DNA from: Cyanidioschyzon merolae
Taxonomy: Eukaryota
NCBI GenBank assembly: GCA_000091205.1
Contig: AP006490.2
Length of the DNA stretch: 64,000 bases
Strand: one strand, 5' to 3'
Shown here: positions 1 through 11,185 of the stretch, one piece after another
How positions within the stretch are numbered: position 1 is the first letter of the stretch
Layout of the letters: each line of letters opens with the position of its first letter
The notes under the pieces: generated by a model
Database searches by the model: none
What the model was told of the DNA's origin: nothing
The model's input: the letters and a program-made list of their open reading frames with translations, nothing else
Made by a program: the position numbers and the translations under genes

Positions 1-2712
1 GAGTAGGCGCTGAAGAACGTGTTCGACGGTTTCCTGGATGTATGCAAAAGATGCATGCACATATTTCCCCCAGAAAGGAAAGGTTTTCCAGCGCGTCGCC
101 GGGAAACCCGGACTCCCTATGCCCTGCAGTATACGCGTGATCTGCAGGGCGGTGCACGGAATGCGCGGTGGTGTGCATAGGTCCTGTTCCGCGTGCATTT
201 CCTGTCCACTTCGATATAGCGAATGCAGTAGGGCGCGAATGTCGGCCATCAAGAGTGCGTGGTCGTTGGCCAGACCGGTATGCGCAGACACTGGAGTACG
301 AGGCGATGAGATGGCAACGCAGGCAGGCGGCAGCTGCCCAGTGCGAAAGTAGTGATCCACCCATTCGCGAAAATGCGCTTCTATCTGGCTAGAACAAGCC
401 TCAGTTCGTCCAAGTTGCAGCACGGCGCGCGCTAGAAGTTCCATCTGTTCGAGACGTTCGAGGAACGCGCGCTGGTGCGCGAGGCGCTCCGCCACCAGCG
501 CATCCGTCCAGGCTCGGACTTGCGTGGCAAGCGGCGGCGGCGGCGGCTGACCAGAATGACATACCACGAGACATTCGCCAATTGTTTGCATCGTGATGAT
601 GCCTTGGTACTGTAGACGGCTGCAGCGGTCGAGCACCTCAAAGGGCGACATAGAGAGCGCCTGTGAGACAGCGTCGAGACGAACGTTACAGATGCTCGGG
701 TGGCGCAAGCGATGCGGAGCCTCGGCTGCGGAAAGGCGCACCAGCTCCTGGCAGAAGCTCCGAATATCCTCTGGCAAACAGGATACAGCTTGATGCAATG
801 TGATGCGTAGCGTTGTGGGCACGCGTTGGCGTGCTCTCCACGGCGCTGCGCCTACCGTGGAAAGCGCCTCCCCGGCAATGACAGTGAATCGAATGATGAG
901 TTGTTCCAGGATCGTTGCTGGAATGTCCAAGGTATTCTGTAGTGTAGCGAGGTCGAGGAGCGTAAAGCGCTCCGCAGCGCCTTCATTGCCAGGATGAGAG
1001 GATTCCGAGGTAACAACGACGCTCGCAACGAGACTGCGTACAAGTTTGCGAATCAGGGCCGGCTCTACCTGCTCGGCGAGAGCGAGCGCGCGCAAACGCT
1101 CTGTATCGGCTGCATCGTAGAACAGGTGACTGAAGGCGCTCGAGCGGTCTTTGCCAGCACAACTTGTCTGCTGCAAAAGGTCCTCGATGCTGTTCGGAAT
1201 GCTCCAGTGGACTGTGCAGCAAGCGGCGGGTGCGAGCGTTCGCAATGCGGACGAGCTGGTGGCAACAACCACGCGACAATGATGCTGGCGAAATGCTTCT
1301 TCAACTTTGCGGCGCTGTTCGGGGTTGAGTCCCGCGTGATAGCTGCGGGCGTCTATCAAGTGGTTTTGGAGCCAGGCTGCAAGTGCATCTGCATCGCGCT
1401 GTCGCGAAACGTAGATGAGCACAGGACCTGTCCACTGTTCGTCTTTGCTGAGCATTCGAACGAGCGTGCGGTATCGATCAACGGGTGTCGAAAAGCTAAA
1501 GTGCAGCTTCGAAGGCACCAAGTCGCTCTTTGGAGGTAGCGCCTCAACCAATGCTCCGGATACGACGGTGGCAAGGCAGGCTCGTACTGCTGGTGTTGGC
1601 GTTGCGGTCTGTGCGAGCAGGACGCATCCAGTATCGGCGGCGAGATGTTGTTTCAGCAGCGGTTGGATCTGCCAATAGGACGGCCTGAACATGGCGCTCC
1701 ACGGGAGCAGCAGGTGCGCTTCGTCAAGCACGACCGCGCTCGGATGCAGATGCTCAACAAACGACTGCACCTGGGGCTGGCAGAGGCGTTCCGGCGTGCA
1801 GAAGAGCACTTTGTACGCACCTATTTGCGTTGCCTCTAGAGACTGGAAGCCGCATGCGGTCTTGAAGCCATTGTTGGTGATCTCAGCGGCAGGCAACTGG
1901 GACGGCAAGTTTTCGAGTGCCTCGCGGATAAGTGATCGAAAGGGCTCGCACACCAGAACAGTTCCGCTGGTGAGCGCAGCGTAGAGCTCGTAAATCATGG
2001 ACCTACGGCTTCCAGGCCGTATACCCAAGAGTACGGACTCGCCGCGGAGCAGGTGTTGCAGAGCCTCGGACTGCTCGCTCCGCAGCTCGAGTCCAGGCAT
2101 GAGCTCTGGGACCGGACTCCGAAAATCGGAAGATTCAGAGACTTGATAGAGGGCTGGTGCGCGCTCGCACTGTCGCAGCATCGATATATCACATGAAGGC
2201 TGCGGGGCGGACTCGAGTAACCAGCTGGTTGCCGCTTGACACTGGAGTCGATGGACGTGTTCCCATAGAAAGAACGAGCAGCGAGGACGCTGCCCACAAA
2301 CGTAGTACGCTCGTTGGATCCGGCCGCCGTAGCCCCGCGAGACACGCCGTATGCACGGTTGGTTATGTTCGCGGCAAACCGGTGGATCCAATGGAACTTG
2401 TTGTCCATCGGGTTGCCAGGGACAATCGGCGACATCCTCCGCAGTGAGTGTGGCCCGTTCTGGATCCGCAAGCGAGTCATCAACGCATGTAGCTTGCCGA
2501 AGCGGGTGACTCCACCTGGAGCGGCCCGCCCACAAGCCAGTTCGATGCTCACCGCGACGACGTCGCTGTGCGAAACCGGCTCGAGCATCATTCGGTCGCG
2601 CCAAAGCTCGCTTTCTCTTCTTCTTCGTTTGGAATCGACCGAAAGTCGGGGGCGGTGCTGTCACTCGGACCGCTGGAGTGGTGACGACTTGAGGGCCCGG
2701 CGCCGGCTCCAT
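1..2712 (-). CDS. RecQ-family DNA helicase-like protein with N-terminal GRF-type zinc finger; partial (the gene continues past the 5' edge of the window); Walker A and arginine-finger motifs degenerate
   Basis: Manual translation of the minus strand from an ATG at 2710-2712 gives one open frame of more than 900 aa that leaves the window at position 1, which is why it is missing from the ORF track. A GRF zinc-finger-like block is present: 'PVCREHNQPCIRRVSRGYGGRIQRAYYVCGQRPRCSFFLWEHV'. RecQ helicase motifs are recognisable: motif 0/I region 'FRSPVPELMPGLELRSEQSEALQHLLRGESVLLGIRPGSRRSMIYEL' (RecQ consensus ...MPTGGGKSLCYQ), motif Ia 'TVLVCEPFRSLIRE', DEAH box 'AVVLDEAHLLLPWSAMFRPSYWQI', then 'LLAQTATPTP', 'YHAGL' and 'VVVATSSSALRTL...TVHWSIPNSIEDLLQQTSCAGKD'. 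The Walker A lysine is replaced by arginine and the glycines are lost (PGSRRS versus GGGKS). Motif VI reads SCAGKD versus GRAGRDG. Confidence 0.6.
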   Translation of the reverse strand, partial: MEPAPGPQVVTTPAVRVTAPPPTFGRFQTKKKRKRALARPNDARAGFAQRRRRGEHRTGLWAGRSRWSHPLRQATCVDDSLADPERATLTAEDVADCPWQPDGQQVPLDPPVCREHNQPCIRRVSRGYGGRIQRAYYVCGQRPRCSFFLWEHVHRLQCQAATSWLLESAPQPSCDISMLRQCERAPALYQVSESSDFRSPVPELMPGLELRSEQSEALQHLLRGESVLLGIRPGSRRSMIYELYAALTSGTVLVCEPFRSLIREALENLPSQLPAAEITNNGFKTACGFQSLEATQIGAYKVLFCTPERLCQPQVQSFVEHLHPSAVVLDEAHLLLPWSAMFRPSYWQIQPLLKQHLAADTGCVLLAQTATPTPAVRACLATVVSGALVEALPPKSDLVPSKLHFSFSTPVDRYRTLVRMLSKDEQWTGPVLIYVSRQRDADALAAWLQNHLIDARSYHAGLNPEQRRKVEEAFRQHHCRVVVATSSSALRTLAPAACCTVHWSIPNSIEDLLQQTSCAGKDRSSAFSHLFYDAADTERLRALALAEQVEPALIRKLVRSLVASVVVTSESSHPGNEGAAERFTLLDLATLQNTLDIPATILEQLIIRFTVIAGEALSTVGAAPWRARQRVPTTLRITLHQAVSCLPEDIRSFCQELVRLSAAEAPHRLRHPSICNVRLDAVSQALSMSPFEVLDRCSRLQYQGIITMQTIGECLVVCHSGQPPPPPLATQVRAWTDALVAERLAHQRAFLERLEQMELLARAVLQLGRTEACSSQIEAHFREWVDHYFRTGQLPPACVAISSPRTPVSAHTGLANDHALLMADIRALLHSLYRSGQEMHAEQDLCTPPRIPCTALQITRILQGIGSPGFPATRWKTFPFWGKYVHASFAYIQETVEHVLQRLL

Positions 2713-3710
2713 GCGCGATCAGGTGCGAGGAGCCAGGCTCTATTGCTGGAAGTGGCGCTCGTGCGTTGTCAGCACGCCCTCGATCTGGAAATGCGATTTC
2801 GAAAGTGTGTCCGAAGCCTTTTGCACTTGCCAAGCTCGTGGACGAACGAAGGTCAACAGGAGGAGAGAATCCCCAGTCTCTGTGTTCTGACGGATCAGAG
2901 CGGACACGTTCCACTATTCTCTTGACTCTGGATTGATACAGTGGCCTCGAGCAAATCCTGTTTTCAAGGCCACTCAGCGCCGCATGCGGCAGTCTGGCAC
3001 AGAGCAGCCAAACGGGCACGCGTCGCCGTCACCGCAGCAGTAACGGGAACTTTGGTCACGAGTTTCCCCCGGAGACTGGAAACAGCCTCGAACCCGTGTT
3101 TGTTTGGTGAGCGGTAAGCACCAGAGAAATAAGACGCGCGCAGCAGTCCGCCCCGTGTCCGTAGCTGCTCTGTTTGACGCGCGTCACAGGGACTCGGAGC
3201 GCTCTACCGACCACAGCTAGCGACCAACGAGCAGCGAGGCTCCTCGCTGGCCGCAGCGAACAGTTGCCTAAAGCGATGCGTTATCGGTGCGTGCAGGCGC
3301 CGAGATGAAGAGCGCTCCAGCCCCAACGAAGTCACGCGCGGAACCAACAGGCCGTGTAAAGAAGTCGCTCAACACACACACACACGTTCTTGGTCTACGA
3401 CGGCCAGTTTCTTGCCCTATTGATTCCTTAAGCGTTCTCCAGGCGTTTCCCGATAACCCAAGACTAGTGGCAAACTATACACTACTGGGCCCGAAACCGA
3501 GTTCGAGAGTCATGCAACCGTCTGACCGAATCGCGAGCTTCGGCAACGCCGGGTGTCGCGAAGACTTGTGGACAAAGCGGGGGATGTGCTGATTCCTAAT
3601 TGAGGGTGTTTTTGGCGCCAATTTTCATGAGGCGCCTTGGGAGCGCTCCCGAGATGTGCGCTCCTTCTTTCGGATTGCATCTTTCCTGCTCTACAAGACG
3701 TTTCCATGGA

Positions 3711-3958
3711 CCATGGATCCCAGACTGCTCACTTGGTAGCAGCATTTGGAGAAGCATCCTTCATTCTGCACGCTAGCTTCAAGTTCTATTCCTTGAAGTC
3801 CCAGTCGAAGATACCGGACGTTCCTCACGTTCAACAGTCGTGCGCAACGTGCCAGCCACGGGCGTTCGCCATAGCGCCTGTGGCGCCACTGCGTTCATAG
3901 GACGGAGACAGAACGGCATTGTAGTACCACTGGGGGCGTCGGCTCGAGGTTCGGATTC
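3711..3958 (+). repeat. Dispersed ~245-bp repeat family, copy 1 of 3 in window
   Basis: Shares conserved blocks with 19930-20165 and 29705-29945: 'ccatggatcccagaYtgc', 'ctWccttcaagYtcYatt', 'ggagacagaacggNtttgt' and 'ctgggggcgtYggctcgagg'. Overall identity between copies is roughly 65-75% by eye. Confidence 0.6.
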
Positions 3959-4865
3959 CTATCGCATTAGATTCGCAGAAATCTCGGCGATGCTGTGCTA
4001 ATCCGTGAGCGATCACGCGGCTGTGCTGCTCGCACGTCGCGCGATATGCGTGATCTTGGATAGCGCGCTCCAGTGGTGCACTGCAACGTCATGCTCTGCC
4101 GAACAGAGACTTTGTGTTCAGTCGTCTCAAATCAGAGCATTCTACGGCATACGAACACGAGTATCGGTTGCGGTGCTATACAGAACCTATGACCGTCTTT
4201 GGACCAGGTGCGACTGCTGTGGAAAACAAGCGCCTCTTGGATGGAGTTTCGCAACACTCCCAATAGTGCGGTGGACTCGAAGCATCCGTTCGAACGGCAG
4301 GGTTGCATCTGGAGCGACCTTCGATCGAAGTCATGTTCCACGCGTATCTGCGTGCTCGGCTCCGGTTTGGTGCCTCTGTTCCGTGCAGAGGCACCTGAAG
4401 CGATTGGGACGCGAGACTCGGTGCGCGACCAACGTATGTGCCACGGGCGAACAGCCGCGACTTTGTTTCTGGAATGTTTAGCAGGATCCGGTATGCGATA
4501 CAGAGAAAACGAAAGCCTCCTTGATGATGTATTGGCGACGCTTTGAGGCGTAACGCGGATCTACGAACTGGTGCGCACCAGCAACCCCATTCTAGAGCAG
4601 TCGCTTTGCCTTGATCGCTGACATGAGCTCAGAGCCATGCATCTGCGGCATGGGAACCAACGATCATGCTCCTTAGAAAATTATCTTGCTTGTGGTTTGG
4701 ATAGCGGCCTCAGCATATTTCCATAAAAGTTCCCAGAAGGCCCAGCGCGTGCTCCTACGGGTTTTTCGCTGCCGATGCGATTCGGCCGCCACGTCGCACG
4801 TTGGGTTGCATCCCGTCGCGCGAGGCTTCCGAGCCTCCTGCAAAAGAAACTATTGCAGGAGCTAG

Positions 4866-5950
4866 ATATACTCAGTAGTATCGAAGCATGGAACACCGCA
4901 ATGTTTGACCATTTGCCCAGAAAAATCGTTGTCTATGGAGGTGTGTATGGCGCTCCAGCCTTGATGCGTTGCAGACCCGTACCACACCAGTGCGTTTTCC
5001 TCCTCGCTACTGATTGTTTTCATCGAAAGTGTGCGGCTTTTCAGCGCAATGTCTACGGTGACTAGAAAGCGATTCCGTCGGATATTCGCGGCGTGCGAAG
5101 CCGCCGGACGCTGCGGCAGCAAGAGACATTTCCCGATCTCGGACGAGTCGCTCAAGTCTCTATTCGGAACTCGCCTGCAAGCGCTGGTGCTGGTGGAGTC
5201 ATGCCCTAGCAAGCCTCTGAGTTTCGATTGCCTCGCCATCTGGCGTGCAGTCAACTTGCCCTACACCGTCTCGTGTGTCCGGGTGTGTTTCACGCTCTGC
5301 GACTCTGCTAGGCTCACGGAGCGCTCTTGCTTGTGATGCGTTGATCTAGTGCGGGACGCATCGACGGGCGTCGTGCAGCATCGATTGCTGAACGCGTTGT
5401 ACGCTGGCGTCGAATGAGCGGGAGTGCACCCTCTGGGAGCTGCGGTGCGTCGATTGCCGCAGACTACCACGAGACGAGGCGACGCATCGGTCATGACCTG
5501 GTCCAGTGGCTCGAGCGAGCAGGCGAAAGCACGTGTCGTGCATCCGTACAACCGAGACGATTGGCAATGCCGTCGCTGCCTCATGTACGCCAGCCAGGGA
5601 TTGTCAATGGCAGCTATATCGACTCTCTTGTGATCTCTGCGTGAAAGACGCATACGAAGCGTTCCAGCGTGTTTGCTACGGTGCTTCGAGCATCAGGATA
5701 GGTTCTGAGGCTGTCACTACGTTTCATCGTATGCCTGCTTGCAACCATCATACCCGAATGCGGATCACACCGAGCGGTGGAAAATTCTGAACAGCATCCT
5801 TTGCTTTCCGTACAAGTGTTTGGCGGCGGCTTATTGATTTAAGGGTTCAGCGACGGTCATGATGTTCTTAAACCTGGGATACACGCGCAGCACCAAAGCT
5901 CTTTCAGCATCTACCATCATCGGTTGAAAATGAGTCCCGATGCTGGGCTC
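4866..5950 (+). repeat. R1: ~1.08-kb direct repeat, near-identical to 13998-15080
   Basis: The ORF track shows near-identical peptide sets in both copies, for example 4775..5065 versus 13937..14197, 4862..5254 versus 13958..14386 and 5506..5790 versus 14638..14922. The nucleotide alignment is collinear from 'atatactcagtagtatcgaagcatgg' to 'catcatcggttgaaaatga' with only scattered substitutions, about 98% identity. No gag/pol-like coding content was found. Confidence 0.85.
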
Positions 5951-7019
5951 AGGCCAAAGCATCACGAGCTTCTTGCACTTCATACAGATTGTGATTCCGT
6001 AGGTCTCCCACTGCACTCTAACCTGCTCTCGAGTTCCTCGCTGGAAACCAGAAGTCTCGAACGGGCTCAACCAATGCTCATTGCGAGGCTTTTCGGATGC
6101 ATCTTACATCTTCGCAGAGACCAACGCCTTAAGAGCCATCTCTTTTACGCGAAGAGCTGGCATGGACGCCGCCCCTATACTCCGTATCCGTGTTTCCTCT
6201 GGATTCAGACGCACTGGGTGAATCGTGAGGCAAAAGCTCGAATTTCCTATCTGACCATTTTCTTCAATGCATCAACCTTTCGTCAAAGGCCAGGTTCATG
6301 GACCGAATCGCGCCTTTCCCGCTAACTACCGCACACGAGAAGACAAACATCCGAGCAGCTCAGGCCTGGTGATATCTCCAAAGAACGATCTGTCGAAGAA
6401 CAATGTCCCGAATGCGAACGACTCGCCAATGGATCGGTGAGCGTCAGAATAGCGGTTGACAAGCATGAAGACAACATTCACTGGACGGAATGAGGGAAAC
6501 CGGCTGGCTCGAAGAGCACATCAGCGCCAGTCCCCGTCGCATATTCCTCGACTTCTGTTGCGTGATGGATATTGGCCTTGTCCTAAAGCGCTACGGAACA
6601 ATCCAGCAAGCAGGTGCAGCGAACTGCTCCGACGAAGGACTCGCATGTTCAGCGATTCTGTCCGTTTGGCGACTGGTAGACGACCCAACGAGAGAGCATT
6701 GCCACCAAGGCTGATGCTCCCGGAATGCTCGCGTGTCTCTTCTTGACGTACAGCGGGTTACCTGTCTTTGAGCACCCATCTACCGGTCTACAGTTTCCTA
6801 GAAATAATGCCTCATTGAATGGGATGAGCACCCATTCCTCTCGTGATGAACGTTCGTATTTCCATCCGAAATTGGCAGGGTGTCGTGCAACGCGCGGCGG
6901 TCGCTCATAAAAGTGTGCGTGTTCCTTCGTGTACCAATGTTGCTTCTTCACCGTTCGCGTCTGCAGCACGAAAACTGGACATACTGTCTCTTATTGGTCG
7001 CGTCTCCGATACAACTTGA

Positions 7020-7110
7020 ACGGTATGGATAGACGAGGAGAGAATCTTGCAAATCGAGGGTCATGCATACTGTCTGAGATGCACGATGTTCAGGATACGG
7101 GCCTCGAGGG
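7020..7110 (+). repeat. Short conserved motif pair shared with 16025-16110; possible distal part of a longer R unit
   Basis: 'atggatagacgaggagagaatctt' and 'gatgttcaggatacgggcc' match 'atggttagacgaggacagaatcgt' and 'tattgttcaggatacgaacc' at the same spacing. Both sit about 1 kb downstream of the respective R copy, with a divergent middle. Confidence 0.4.
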
Positions 7111-7505
7111 AGGTCGTTCGTCTTCCTGGTGCATGTGGAATGTCTGACTGACTGACTTGTACAAATAAGACCGCTTTCTTTGTAGACGAGCAATGACCAC
7201 AGCATGCCGCTCCTCGACCCGTCTCCAGTTCCCATTACACAATTCTGATTTTGAATACCTGCGAGGAAAACAAAGAAAAATTAAAAGTACTTATTGGTAA
7301 AGGTGCGCAACAACGCACTGCCCAAGAGATAACGTCGCGCAACGGCCAACGGACTGGACTTGGGTTCCTCAAACAACCTGACCTTGGATACGGGGAGCCG
7401 ACTCGGCGTTTCGCGAGCCTGACGCCCGGTCCCAGCCGTGCGGTAGCGAACGTGTGTTCCGGGGGAGGCCCCTGTTCGCCGTGGGTGTCGTCGTCGACGG
7501 ACACC

Positions 7506-9149
7506 ATGCCGTCGGTGGACACCAGCTCGGACGCTGACGGAAAGTCAACGCCTATTCAGGTCGCACGTGGCCTTTATAACTTTCTGCGAGTGGTTGGCGG
7601 GACGAATTACGAGCGGTCGGCGCTGGTAACAGATTTAAGTATTGGACTTGCGCTTCTGATCCAACGCAAAGAACGGGAACGAGAGCAAGAGCGAGAATCG
7701 TGGTTGGCAAGTCTCGAGAGAGAGCAAGTGCAGCTCGAGGCAGCGGAACTCAAGCGACTGCACCACTTTGCCCGACTAGCGCACGGTGCCTACAGCGCCA
7801 ACGACGAGGAGCTCTTCAAGCATACACCGGTGTACGCGAAGACGCTCTTGAAAGCGCGGTGGTCCAGCAGTCAAGAAGAGCCAGCCTATTACATTGCAAT
7901 CGACGAAGCCTTCCGTTCGATCGTGCTAGCTATCCGCGGAACCGATACGTTCTCTGATGTCTTCACGGATTTGAGTTTACATCCAACGCCGTTCCTGGGG
8001 GGCACTGCGCACGCTGGAATGACCCGTGCTGCTCTGCGACTCTACGATGAGGTCAGGGAAATGTTGCGGACAGCGCGCACAAACTATCCAGAGTACGACC
8101 TGGTTTTTACGGGGCATTCGCTAGGTGGAGGCGTTGCCTCTATCCTCACGATGAAACTCTTATGGGAAGACGATCCGCTGCTCCGCCTCTTCGAACAGCA
8201 CAACCGACCGAAGCTTCTTGCATATTCATACGGAACGCCTGCCTGTGTATCCCTCGAACTGGCGAGGAAAATTCAGGGGAGTCCTCCCGACCTGCGAGAC
8301 GCATTGACCACCGTGGTGCTCGGAGACGATCTCGTTCCACGGGCATCCGCCGCGAGTATGGATCGTATCGTGCGGGAGCTTGCTGCATTTAACTGGCGAG
8401 AACAGATCGCGAACGAGTTTAGCGAATATGTGAATACGAGCAGCCTTGCGCGCTGGTCACAGCATGTTATCCGTTGGTCTATCCCGCGGGACCAGGTGCA
8501 GCGCTTTGTCACTGAGATCGGGCAACGGCTGAGCAAAGCATCCTCGTCGATCAAAGGTGCGCGCCTCGGAAATACGTTTGGCCTTGTAGCAGCGGTAGCC
8601 GGCAGTGCCTCTGGCTGGATGAACTGGTATGGGAACCTTTTCCAGAAAGAGCAGCCGCAGGAGCGAGAAGCAGTGAATAGGGCTGAACCTCGACTTGCCG
8701 AACCGGTAGCGCTTCCGCAGTTCTACCCGCCAGGCGGTTGCATCTGGCACCTCCATGAGGTGTCACTGCGAGCGGGGGATCAGCGAGGGCTCCCTGAAGG
8801 CGCCGCCTCAGAACATGGAAGGGTGCGCCAACAGCTCGTCCAAGACATCTCGAATATTAGTCGTGAGGTATGGAACGAATTGCCGACGCTCAAGCAGCCC
8901 AACGAGTCTCCCGAGGCTCCCGGCAACGACTGGGATCGCTCCAATGCGCCCGAGGATGCTGCTGAGAGCATTGGTGCGGAGCCTCAGCGTCTACTGCTTC
9001 TCCGAACATCACCAGACGCTTTTCATGACATCGTGCTCAGCCGTCGCTGCTTCAATGATCATCTCATGCGCAATATTCGGCGCGCACTGGCAAGACTCTA
9101 TGAACAGCAGTACAGGCAGCCACGGCTCGGCGAGCATGGATCCAGTTAA
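7506..9149 (+). CDS. Class-3 (fungal-type) lipase / sn1-specific diacylglycerol lipase-like alpha/beta hydrolase
   Basis: ORF 7251..9149 has a TTG start; the first in-frame ATG is at 7506. The nucleophile elbow 'FTGHSLGGGVASIL' (GHSLGG) and an 'AIRGTDTFSDVFTDL' Lipase_3-like block are present. The region downstream of the catalytic Ser carries a conserved Asp. Confidence 0.7.
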   Translation: MPSVDTSSDADGKSTPIQVARGLYNFLRVVGGTNYERSALVTDLSIGLALLIQRKEREREQERESWLASLEREQVQLEAAELKRLHHFARLAHGAYSANDEELFKHTPVYAKTLLKARWSSSQEEPAYYIAIDEAFRSIVLAIRGTDTFSDVFTDLSLHPTPFLGGTAHAGMTRAALRLYDEVREMLRTARTNYPEYDLVFTGHSLGGGVASILTMKLLWEDDPLLRLFEQHNRPKLLAYSYGTPACVSLELARKIQGSPPDLRDALTTVVLGDDLVPRASAASMDRIVRELAAFNWREQIANEFSEYVNTSSLARWSQHVIRWSIPRDQVQRFVTEIGQRLSKASSSIKGARLGNTFGLVAAVAGSASGWMNWYGNLFQKEQPQEREAVNRAEPRLAEPVALPQFYPPGGCIWHLHEVSLRAGDQRGLPEGAASEHGRVRQQLVQDISNISREVWNELPTLKQPNESPEAPGNDWDRSNAPEDAAESIGAEPQRLLLLRTSPDAFHDIVLSRRCFNDHLMRNIRRALARLYEQQYRQPRLGEHGSS

Positions 9150-9737
9150 AACGAGGGTCTGTGCAGAGCCGCATCGCGACGCGGAAAAAACTGTATTCTA
9201 AGAGAATTGGCACCTGGAAAGGTGCGGTGTCAACGTATGAACCGGATGAGCAGAGTTCCCGTGGCGCCAAGGGTGCTCGGGTTCAAGTCAGGATCAGCGT
9301 GGATATCGTCTGTTTTCTGGATGGAAACTCTGGATTCGGTCTCGCAGAACATCGATGCATCCGCGGCGGAAGAGAGGCATCGTTGCTGGTCACCGGCAGC
9401 AGTCCTGGGTCCGCGGCAGTCTGGTGCGAGCCGTTTGATCCTGCAGCATAAAAATCGAAGCAGATATAGCTGCGCGCTGTGAAAGGTCTTTCCGCATAGG
9501 CAACGGGTTCGAGTCCACGCGAGGAAACGCAAGCGCTGACATCGTCCAGCGGCAACGCCCTCAAAGCACGTCTTGACAAAACGGCTCGCAAAATGGCCCA
9601 CTTTATTCGGCGGACGATCGCTGCGACACAGCTCCGCACGCTTCCGCATGCAACTCCAAAGGCGCTGCACAGTTCCAGCTCTTCAAACGCAAAGCCGCTG
9701 GATGCCTTTCATTTGACCCGCACGGGCGGTCGAACAA

Positions 9738-10709
9738 CTACGGACATGCCTCAGCGAAGAGCTGCATCTCAAACTGCATCGCCGGTGCATACGCTATTTC
9801 ATTCAACTGCTGAACCAAACGCTCTAACGTTTCAGAGGTCGCACTGCACCATTGCTCCGCGTACAAGTCAAGGAGAAGCTCAAAGCTTTCCGCCAATTCT
9901 TGAAATTTTGGGCTGGAATACGTGGCCACCCATGTTGCGCGGGCGCTCTTCCTAGGGTCATGGTCATCTGCGGCCTGTATATGGACCGACAGCTTTCTCC
10001 CAATGAACGCATAGAGCGACATGCACGGTACCATAGCGGCTACGAGCAGCAAGCGTGCTCGTCGCCAGGATGCTTCCACTGGAGCGATTCCGCCTTGCTC
10101 CTCATGGAATGCACCACTAGCGTGTATGAGCTCCTCTAAAAGTCCACGACTGTGACGCATGAGGAGTCGAAGATATCCCTGGCAGACTTTATGCAGTGCA
10201 GGGGCGCTGTTCTGCCTATTTGTCGACGAGACTGAGCGCGTCGCAGTCGCAGTCGGAGCCGCAGCCGCAGCCACCAGCTGCTGTGCCCCGTGTTTGGCGG
10301 CGACCTGTTCTTGGGCAGAAACGCTTCCACGCTCGGCGGCTATGGCGTGGCTTAACTCGGCGAGCACCTGGTGCTCCCAGCCTGTTTCGGCGGTGAAGCA
10401 GAGCAGACCCAGGCACCGCCAGTAGCCTGCTAGGAACTCAGTGTCAACGGAGAGGAAGCTAGCCAAGTTCGATTCCGATAAAGTACCTTGGGCCAATTCG
10501 CGAAGCCACGACGTCTGGAGTGCTTGCTCGATTACCGCAGAGTTTGACTGCCACAAAAGCTCGCTAGCGCAGGTCATAAAAAGCCTCTGGAATAGCAGGC
10601 AGCGAGGCGCGTTTCTTCCGGTTCGAGACGCTCCGACAAGGCCTTTCGAGAGCAAGAGAGGTTTAGACGGTTTTTGCTCGTGCGACGTGACGTTAGATAC
10701 ACGTTGCAT
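9738..10709 (-). CDS. TenA/THI-4 family (thiaminase II / heme-oxygenase-like fold) protein with ~60-aa N-terminal extension
   Basis: ORF 9738..10724 has a GTG start; the first ATG is at 10709. 'LAQGTLSESNLASFLSVDTEFLAGYWRCLG' matches the TenA 'L..G.L....F..Y..QD..FL..Y.R' block. The C-terminal 'VPCMSLYAFIGRKL' matches the TenA 'PC..Y..IG' motif. Confidence 0.5.
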   Translation of the reverse strand: MQRVSNVTSHEQKPSKPLLLSKGLVGASRTGRNAPRCLLFQRLFMTCASELLWQSNSAVIEQALQTSWLRELAQGTLSESNLASFLSVDTEFLAGYWRCLGLLCFTAETGWEHQVLAELSHAIAAERGSVSAQEQVAAKHGAQQLVAAAAAPTATATRSVSSTNRQNSAPALHKVCQGYLRLLMRHSRGLLEELIHASGAFHEEQGGIAPVEASWRRARLLLVAAMVPCMSLYAFIGRKLSVHIQAADDHDPRKSARATWVATYSSPKFQELAESFELLLDLYAEQWCSATSETLERLVQQLNEIAYAPAMQFEMQLFAEACP

Positions 10710-11185
10710 GCAAGCTGTGGTCACCGTTCACGCCGACTGAATACCGCAACCCCATGCTTCAGTTGCGCTTCCCCGGTTCAAGTGTTAAGGTCGATAGGCC
10801 GTGGAGTGGTTGCGTTTTTATTGGCTCGGAATCTCCGCTGCAAGCAAGCTATTCAACTATTTGGCGCTGCGTCTGGTGTTTTTCTTGAAATGCCCAGTCT
10901 CGTACTCTACCCGTATGAGAATAAAACGGAACTGGTCCAGTAAGCAGAGTTGGGCATACGCTCGAGATTTTGAATGTGTGCCCGGCATGTTCAAAACAAG
11001 TCCATGCGGGATATTCTCTGACTGCATTCGTTACCCCGCTCGTCTCACAAGCTGTGCATACGTCGGTCTCTCATGTGCTTCCAGCTCCGTCGTCGTTATT
11101 GGAGTAAATCTGATGGCAGCGTTTTAGTTCGGACGTCGCTGCATCCGACTGTAGTCTATGCATTACACGCGCCAGCGGGCGTTGC

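Noticed and set aside
3195-3240. tRNA D-arm-like sequence on the minus strand ('TAGCTGTGGTCGGTAGAGCGC')
   Set aside because: No compatible anticodon stem or T-arm within tRNA distance. It could be a tRNA fragment or pseudogene or a chance match, and was not annotated. A permuted or multi-intron tRNA cannot be excluded without covariance-model search (tRNAscan-SE, SPLITS).
3940-3958. B-box-like 'ggttcggattcc' at the end of the ~245-bp repeat, suggesting a tRNA-derived SINE
   Set aside because: The motif is at the 3' end rather than the 5' end, has no A box and is not conserved in the other two copies.
9470-9520. tRNA-like T-arm motif 'GGGTTCGAGTCC'
   Set aside because: The flanking 5-nt stems do not base-pair ('acggg' against 'ccacg'). 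No D-arm or anticodon arm could be placed.
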